Source: a bacterium
GTDB lineage: Bacteria > UBA8248
Direction of reading: 5' to 3'
Length of the DNA: 64,000 nt
Assembly (NCBI GenBank): GCA_965204535.1
Contig: CBDBEV010000001.1
Location: 2,592,001 to 2,656,000, forward strand
A program made the position numbers and the translations under genes. Position 1 is the stretch's first letter; every line of letters begins with the position of its first letter. Below are positions 58,164-64,000 of the stretch, piece after piece. The notes below the pieces were generated by a model, which saw only the letters and a program-made list of their open reading frames with translations, made no database searches and had not been told where the DNA came from.

Positions 58164-58437
58164 GCGGGAAAGGTGGGGCGCTCGCCCGGTTGTGGTAGTC
58201 TCATCAACGATATGCCCGAGGCGTCAGGATCGCAGTAGTTGTAGTCGCCTGCACTGCCAGCCAGGTGGTTAGCGCCCGCATCACTTGCATACCGCCACCC
58301 GTGAACACGTGCTCGAGGTTCCAGGCAAGCGGATGGGGAATTGAATTCGTTCTCCAGTTATTTGCCGACGCGCCCTCGGTTGCCGCGGGAATTTCCGATA
58401 ATCGGAGGACACTGATTTTTTAATGCAGGAGAAAATC

Positions 58438-59316
58438 ATGGGTGAAAAGCTGGGAATGATCGGACTGGGAAAGATGGGACTCCCGCTCTCGCGGCAGATG
58501 ATGGCGGACGGCCACGAGATCGTCGGCTACGACATCGACCCCGCGCGGATGAAGATGCTGGAGGAGGAAGGCGGGCGCCCCGCCGCTTCGGCGCGGGAAG
58601 TGGCCGAGCAAAGCGACATCACTTTCAGCATTCTCTTGAAACCCGAGCACATTGAGGAAAACACGTTCGGCCCGAAAGGCATCGTCGCCGCCGGAAAGAA
58701 GGGTCTCATTCACGTCGAAATGAGCACCATGGAGCCCTCCTTTCAGGCTGATCTGGCTGCGCGGCTCGCCGCCGAGGGGGTCGAGATGCTGGATGCGCCG
58801 ATATCGGGTTCCCACAACCGGGTCGATACGCGAACCATTTCCTTCATGGTGGGCGGCAAAAAAGAAGTATTCGATCGGGTCAGGCCGATTCTTGATCCGC
58901 TGGCGGCGGATGCGGCCCACACGGGTCCGAGCGGAACCGGGGCCACCATGAAAGTCGTGACCAACCTTTTCGTCAACTCGTGCACGGCGCTGTTCGCCGA
59001 GTTGATCGTGGTGGGCGAGCGCGCGGGGCTCTCGCATGAGATCATGAAGCATTGCCTCTCGAAGGGTTCCGTGCAGGGTTCCATGCTTTCACAGACTGCT
59101 CCCAGAATGTTCGAGAGAGATTTCGCCCCGCGCGGGGCGGTGGAGATATTCGTGAAGGACATGGGCCTCGCGATCAAGCTTGCCGAGGAACACGGGGTCG
59201 AACTCGCCGTGGTTCCCGCGGCGCGCAAGATGTTCGAGCGGGCCGAGGCCGCCGGCTGGGGAAAGGACGACGCCAGCCGCGTCATTGAGGTGTACGAAGG
59301 GAAGGATATGCAATAG
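58438..59316 (+). CDS. Beta-hydroxyacid dehydrogenase (3-hydroxyisobutyrate/tartronate semialdehyde reductase family)
   Basis: GMIGLGKMG, EMST, LDAPISG, FMVGG, G.GATMK.VTN, KDMGLA; alternative start 58423. Confidence 0.92.
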   Translation: MGEKLGMIGLGKMGLPLSRQMMADGHEIVGYDIDPARMKMLEEEGGRPAASAREVAEQSDITFSILLKPEHIEENTFGPKGIVAAGKKGLIHVEMSTMEPSFQADLAARLAAEGVEMLDAPISGSHNRVDTRTISFMVGGKKEVFDRVRPILDPLAADAAHTGPSGTGATMKVVTNLFVNSCTALFAELIVVGERAGLSHEIMKHCLSKGSVQGSMLSQTAPRMFERDFAPRGAVEIFVKDMGLAIKLAEEHGVELAVVPAARKMFERAEAAGWGKDDASRVIEVYEGKDMQ

Positions 59317-59530
59317 TCCTGCGGCGGTGGAAGCCGGCGCCCGAGGGCGGTCTCGTAGATTTTTTGCGTTCTCGGAAAATCGGCTATTCCATTGAAACCG
59401 ATGGGAAATACCATACGCCTCCTTTTTTCGTGCCTATCGTCCCCATTTGTTTTTTGGGACGAATCCATAATAGTCTTGAGCGGCATACTCGGACCATAAC
59501 AATTGAATTTCATACAGTGGCGGGGAGAAT

Positions 59531-60709
59531 ATGAGCGTTGTCGATATCCAGGTGGAAGGGGGTTGCCATAGCGATTTTTCGACCGTGGCAGAAACGTTCC
59601 GGGAGAACTTCGCGAGCCGGAGCGAGTTGGGGGCCGCCGTCTGCGTGTACAGGGACGGCGAGAAGGTCGTGGACCTCTGGGGAGGCCACCGCGACGACGC
59701 CCGCACGCAGCCCTGGACGGAAGACACCATCGTACTCATGAGTTCCATCGCCAAGAGCATGAGCGCGCTCGCGGTCCACATGCTCGTGGACCGGGGCCAG
59801 GTTTCGCTGGACGAACCGGTGGCGCGGTATTGGCCGGAATTCGCCCAAAGCGGCAAGGAAAACATACTGCTTCGGCACACCATCAGCCATCAATGCGGCG
59901 TCATCTTCTGTGACGCGGCGAAGCCCGGCGACTTTTTCGATTACCCGGCCCAGGTGGCCGCCATCGCAGCCCAGGAACCCGCATGGCCCGCGGGTTCGAA
60001 GGGCGCATACAATTCCATCAACTTCGGTTTCATTCACGGGGAGATCGTCCGCCGGGTGAGCGGCAAGCGGATCCGCGACTTCATCCGCGAGGAGATTACG
60101 GGCCCGCTCGGCGCGGACTACAACGTCGGTCTCAATGAGGAAGAACTCGCGCGCGTCGCGCCCATGCACCGGAATCCCGAGAACAAATTCTGGGAGATGG
60201 GGGAAAAGCCCGGCACGATGCTGCACAGGGCGTGGGGAAGCCGGCCGCTGGGCGTCGATCTGGTGAATTGCCGTGAGAACCGCGTGGGCGAGAACCCCTC
60301 CTCTGGCGGCCACGGAAACGCCCGCGCCATCGCGCGCGTGTACGCGATGCTGGCGGGTGGCGGCGAAATCGGCGGCGTCCGCCTGCTCCGGCCCGAAACG
60401 GTGGAGCGGCTCTCCAAGGTTCAGTGGGAGGGCGTCTGCGCGATGACCGGCGCGCCCCGGCGGATGGGCTTGGGCTTCATGCACAACTCCCCGCCCAACT
60501 CGCCGATGGGACCCAACATGAAGGCCTTCGGCCACGGCGGCTCCGGCGGGGCGTTTACGTTCTGTGACAGGGAGCGGAACATGGCCTTCGGCTACTGCAC
60601 CAACTACCAGCCCGAGGGGAATCCCCCGGGAATCCGCGCCCGCTCCCTGGTCGCGGCCGCTTTCGGCGAAGCACCGGACTGGGAACCCGGGGCGGAGGAA
60701 CCATTGTAG
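59531..60709 (+). CDS. Serine hydrolase, class C beta-lactamase-like (family VIII esterase)
   Basis: ELGAAVCVYRDGEKVVDLWGG, SIAK (SxxK), VARYWPEF, AYNS, FGHGGSGG. Confidence 0.9.
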   Translation: MSVVDIQVEGGCHSDFSTVAETFRENFASRSELGAAVCVYRDGEKVVDLWGGHRDDARTQPWTEDTIVLMSSIAKSMSALAVHMLVDRGQVSLDEPVARYWPEFAQSGKENILLRHTISHQCGVIFCDAAKPGDFFDYPAQVAAIAAQEPAWPAGSKGAYNSINFGFIHGEIVRRVSGKRIRDFIREEITGPLGADYNVGLNEEELARVAPMHRNPENKFWEMGEKPGTMLHRAWGSRPLGVDLVNCRENRVGENPSSGGHGNARAIARVYAMLAGGGEIGGVRLLRPETVERLSKVQWEGVCAMTGAPRRMGLGFMHNSPPNSPMGPNMKAFGHGGSGGAFTFCDRERNMAFGYCTNYQPEGNPPGIRARSLVAAAFGEAPDWEPGAEEPL

Positions 60710-60809
60710 TCGAGTGATTCTCCATTCGTGGGTGTGATTTCGACTAAACTGGTAGGGTTTAACCCCTCTTCTTCAAATTGAAGTGAATGGCGGAGGCGTT
60801 GTCGAACGC

Positions 60810-61199
60810 TCACTGCTCTTGCGTCGGCAACATCGAGAGCGTCATCTCCGCCTCTGCCGATACTTCGAGAACATGGTTGACTATGACGTCCATCGGGTCG
60901 CCGTGTTGGGACAGGAAAGCGATTGCGCCGCGAAGCAGCGCCTCCGAGCGTTCTCGGCCCACACTCGGCAAGATGACGAGGCCGGGATGCACGTCCCGTG
61001 CAGCGGCAAGGGCGCGGAAATCGCGCGCGTTGGCCGTCACGAGTACGAGGTCCTGCTCGATACATCTGGCCAATACGTTGTGATCCGACGCACCCAGCCC
61101 ACCGAAGTCGCGCGGATGCAGAGCAACATGATCCCCCTCGGCATTCAGGGTTTGGGCAACTCTGGGGGACAGACACTCATCAAGAAACATCCGCACCAC
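60810..61199 (-). CDS. DUF5615 PIN-like toxin (VapC45-like)
   Basis: FLDECLS, GLGASD..VL, VLVTANARDF, HPGLVIL. Confidence 0.88.
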   Translation of the reverse strand: MVRMFLDECLSPRVAQTLNAEGDHVALHPRDFGGLGASDHNVLARCIEQDLVLVTANARDFRALAAARDVHPGLVILPSVGRERSEALLRGAIAFLSQHGDPMDVIVNHVLEVSAEAEMTLSMLPTQEQ

Positions 61200-61216
61200 T
61201 CGGCTGCAACCGCCGC

Positions 61217-61807
61217 TCAGGCCACGTTTCGCCAGGGTCTGCCGGACGGGCGTCCTCGGAGAGGATGGGTTTTGGCGTATATCTCGGCGGCCTCGAACGC
61301 TTCGCGCGGGATTTCCTGATAGTCCTCTACGAGATCGTCGACGCTGTCTCCGTCCTGCAGCCGCCCAAGAATCGCGTAAACCGTCAACCGTGTCCCGGCG
61401 ATAACCGGTGTGCCGCCGAGGATATTCTCATCTGATGTGATGTATCGATCTCGGGCTTTTCGGTATCGTTCGGCCTTACGCAGAGCGTCTGCCGCCAGGC
61501 GATCGAGATCGAGCATCGCGCCGGGTGTAAATTCGATTGTCTCGAGCTGCATGGGCTCGATCCGAATCATATTCGTCCAAATCGCCCGCTTATGGCGCAA
61601 AGGGAGGTCCGTAAGGTTGGCTGCCTTCAGGGCGTGGAAATAGACCACGGCGCGGATTGGGAGATAGCGCGTCGTGCCGCCACGAAGACGGGCCGGGCCG
61701 GCGAGGGGCCGCAAGACGCGGGCTTCCACGGTTTTTTCAATTGCCGTCCGGGGTACTCCCGAGAGGGCGGCGGTTTCTCGAATCGTCAAATCGGCCGTGA
61801 TAGGCAT
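61217..61807 (-). CDS. DUF433-containing antitoxin with N-terminal HTH-like region (VapB45-like)
   Basis: LTIRETAALSG; ILGGTPVIAGTRLTV; DLVEDY; upstream of the DUF5615 gene. Confidence 0.88.
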   Translation of the reverse strand: MPITADLTIRETAALSGVPRTAIEKTVEARVLRPLAGPARLRGGTTRYLPIRAVVYFHALKAANLTDLPLRHKRAIWTNMIRIEPMQLETIEFTPGAMLDLDRLAADALRKAERYRKARDRYITSDENILGGTPVIAGTRLTVYAILGRLQDGDSVDDLVEDYQEIPREAFEAAEIYAKTHPLRGRPSGRPWRNVA

Positions 61808-62047
61808 AATTCATCCCCTTTTGGGAATGAATATAGGACAAGGCCGTATGGTTTGCAAGGCTTGCAAGGCCGGACCATTCGCGTTCCGGATGGTAAGCTG
61901 CGCCCGCGTTCAAGCAATGGCTTGCCGATCATGGAGTTGTTGAAAAACTCCCTCAAGGAGAGAGGGGGAATCCTTCCTTCCCTGTCGGGATTGATGAACA
62001 AGAAATTGTTTCGAGTTTCATCGCCCATGGGTTCCGGGGTCGTCGCT

Positions 62048-63280
62048 TCAGATCACGCCGTCTTCCTTGAGCCGGTCGATCTCTTCTTTCGCGAGGCCGA
62101 GCAGATCACCCAGAATCTCCTCGTTGTGCTGGCCGCTGAGCGGAGCGGGTTTGTCGTAGCCGCCGGGGGTTTTGTTGAATTTGAGCGGAAAGGCGGCCGT
62201 CTTGACGCCGCTCAAGGGACCCAGCGCGGGGTGGGGGAGGTCTTCGAGCATATTCCGCTCTTTCAGGTGCGGCCAGGCGAGGATGTCCCGGATGGTGTGG
62301 ACGGGTCCGCAGATGACGTCGAAGCGGCGAAGTGCGGAGAGCGCCTCCTCCACGGTGTGCTTTTCCGTCCACTCGGTGATGACGGCGTCCACCTCGTCGT
62401 TGTGTGTGATGCGGCCGCTTAAATCAGCGTAGCGTGGGTCGCCCACCAAGTCCTCGCGCCCCACGGCGCGCAGGATGTTGTTCCAGTGCTCATCGGTGCC
62501 CGAGCCGACCACCAGCCAGCCGTCGCTCGCCTCATATGCGTTGAAAGGGGATAGGCGCATGATGCGGTTTCCCAGTCGTTCGGGCAGCCCCAGCGCCTCG
62601 TAGCAGTCCATCGGTTCATCGAAAACGAGCGATAAGAGACAGTCCACCATGGAGACGTCCAGCCACTGCCCCTGGCCCGTGCGCTCGCGGTGTAAGAGCG
62701 CGGTGGTGATGGTGCCGAAGGCGAACGTGCCCCCGATGCTGTCCGCGATGGCGGAGCCCGCCTTGGTGGGGGGGCCGTCGGGGAAGCCGGTCAGGTTCAT
62801 GAGGCCCGAGACCGCCTGGGTGACGGCGTCGTAGCCCTTGAGCCGCGCGTCGGGGCCGCTTTGCCCGTAGCTGGTGATGGAGCAGTAGACGAGCCGGGGG
62901 TTGCGTTTTTCGAGCGTCTCGTAGTCGATTTTGAGCCTTTTCGTTACGCCCACCGAGAAGTTCTCGACGAGCACGTCGGCCTCATCCACCAGGCGGTAGA
63001 AAAGCTCCAGCCCGCGCGGCTCCTTGAGGTTCAAGGTCAGGGATTTCTTGTCCCGGGTCCGCTTCAGGTAGGCGATCCCCAAGTCGTCCTCGGTTTGCTT
63101 GTGGAAGGACACGCCCTCGGGGCCGGCGAAGGGAGGCCCCATGGCCACGACGTCGCCCGTGGCCGGGTGGTTCACCTTGATAACCTCTGCCCCCAGACCT
63201 GCCAACAGGAGCGTCGTCCAGGGCCCCGAGTAGAACTGGGTCAGGTCCAGCACCCGGAATCCTTCGAGTGGTTTCGGCAT
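62048..63280 (-). CDS. Family III CoA-transferase (CaiB/BaiF)
   Basis: PLEGFRVLDL, LGAEVIKV, RDKKSLTLNLK, ENF, AIADSIGG (catalytic Asp), APLSGQHN; start at ATG 63280. Confidence 0.92.
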   Translation of the reverse strand: MPKPLEGFRVLDLTQFYSGPWTTLLLAGLGAEVIKVNHPATGDVVAMGPPFAGPEGVSFHKQTEDDLGIAYLKRTRDKKSLTLNLKEPRGLELFYRLVDEADVLVENFSVGVTKRLKIDYETLEKRNPRLVYCSITSYGQSGPDARLKGYDAVTQAVSGLMNLTGFPDGPPTKAGSAIADSIGGTFAFGTITTALLHRERTGQGQWLDVSMVDCLLSLVFDEPMDCYEALGLPERLGNRIMRLSPFNAYEASDGWLVVGSGTDEHWNNILRAVGREDLVGDPRYADLSGRITHNDEVDAVITEWTEKHTVEEALSALRRFDVICGPVHTIRDILAWPHLKERNMLEDLPHPALGPLSGVKTAAFPLKFNKTPGGYDKPAPLSGQHNEEILGDLLGLAKEEIDRLKEDGVI

Positions 63281-63365
63281 TAGTGGCTCCTTGGTCTGAT
63301 ATCGCCCCGCCGCCATTCCGGCTTTCGGCGGAATGACGAACCAGGAAACGCATAGGTCGCCTTTG

Positions 63366-63393
63366 GCAGCGACAGGTCGCGACCTGTCCCTAC
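63366..63393. repeat. REP-like palindrome
   Basis: GCAGCGACAGGTCGCGACCTGTCCCTAC, homologous to 48522-48549. Confidence 0.7.
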
Positions 63394-63440
63394 GGGTGAG
63401 GGATCAACTTACATGCGGCTCACCGTTGTTTTCCGTTTCG

Positions 63441-63998
63441 TTATGACACAACTGGAAGTGGTTGACCGTCCCCGCCGCCGTTCGCCTTCTCTTTCACGCG
63501 GCGCGCCTCGTCCATGGGGCACAGGGTGATGCAGGTCGCGCACATGTGCGGCGCGTTCTCGGTGAAGGCCATCATGCGTCCGGCGAGCTGGAGTTCGGGG
63601 TAGCCGTAGCGAGTCTTGAACACGTCGACGGCCTTCTCCGCCGAGACTTTTTGGGGGTACATCACCATGCACTTGTAGTGGTCCACCGCCCCGTCTCCGG
63701 GCAGCGCATGCGCCGGACAGGGCTTGATGCACTTGTAGCCGCACTGCACGCAGAATTCGGGCACCACGCCGTATCGTTTGGGCGGGTCGGCTTCGAGCGG
63801 GGCCGACGTGATGACGGCCCCCAGCCGTATGCGCGAGCCGTATTCGGCGGTGATGAGGTTGTTGTTCACGCCGATTTCGCCCATGCCTGCGTTCACCGCC
63901 GCGAGCCTCAAGTCAAAAGAACCCTGCATGAACACCTCGGGTTCCGCGCCTTCGCGCAGAATGCGGAGCGAGGGGATGTCCCGTCCGGCAGGCGTGGG
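63441..63998 (-). CDS. QueG/reductive-dehalogenase-like cobalamin and Fe-S protein, 5' end cut by the window edge
   Basis: AVNAGMGEIG.NNNLIT.EYG.RIRL..VIT; FCVQCGYKCIKPCP and C...CATCITLCP; frame stays open to the window end. Confidence 0.8.
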   Translation of the reverse strand, partial: PTPAGRDIPSLRILREGAEPEVFMQGSFDLRLAAVNAGMGEIGVNNNLITAEYGSRIRLGAVITSAPLEADPPKRYGVVPEFCVQCGYKCIKPCPAHALPGDGAVDHYKCMVMYPQKVSAEKAVDVFKTRYGYPELQLAGRMMAFTENAPHMCATCITLCPMDEARRVKEKANGGGDGQPLPVVS

Positions 63999-64000
63999 CA

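Noticed and set aside
59531-60709. Antibiotic-resistance beta-lactamase (likewise the MBL-fold genes at 53-54.7 kb)
   Set aside because: No signal peptide and family VIII esterase motifs; the MBL proteins lack the HxHxDH zinc motif

Overview
High-GC, gene-dense chromosome segment of a Gram-negative bacterium (kdsD-like gene, lipoprotein, periplasmic-binding transporters). The one-piece tmRNA argues against most Alphaproteobacteria; finer taxonomy cannot be fixed from sequence alone. Housekeeping core: yebC-ruvC-ruvA-ruvB, kdsD, polA, a metallophosphoesterase, rnr, smpB and ssrA, plus ppk1-ppx. Around it are many accessory catabolic genes: a two-subunit B12 acyl-CoA mutase with a divergent active site, clustered with a family III CoA-transferase and a 3-sulfinopropionyl-CoA-desulfinase-like flavoprotein; two TAXI-TRAP systems; a TTT transporter; a sulfatase; a pair of FprA-like MBL-fold proteins; and three tandem LCM-family methyltransferases. 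The most striking non-coding structure lies between rnr and smpB. A ~3.7 kb cassette bounded by perfect 18-bp inverted repeats carries one TbpB-like surface lipoprotein. Upstream of it, a 191-bp segment bracketed by perfect 16-bp inverted repeats holds a near-consensus sigma70 promoter pointing away from the gene, i.e. a candidate invertible promoter in the OFF state. There are also two integrase-less mini-islets flanked by direct repeats (hicBA at the 5' end of a phosphatase gene; a NYN nuclease at the tmRNA 3' end), three TA pairs and many GTAG-type REP elements. No CRISPR array, rRNA, tRNA, integrase or transposase was found. All family calls are by-eye motif recognition, not database searches.
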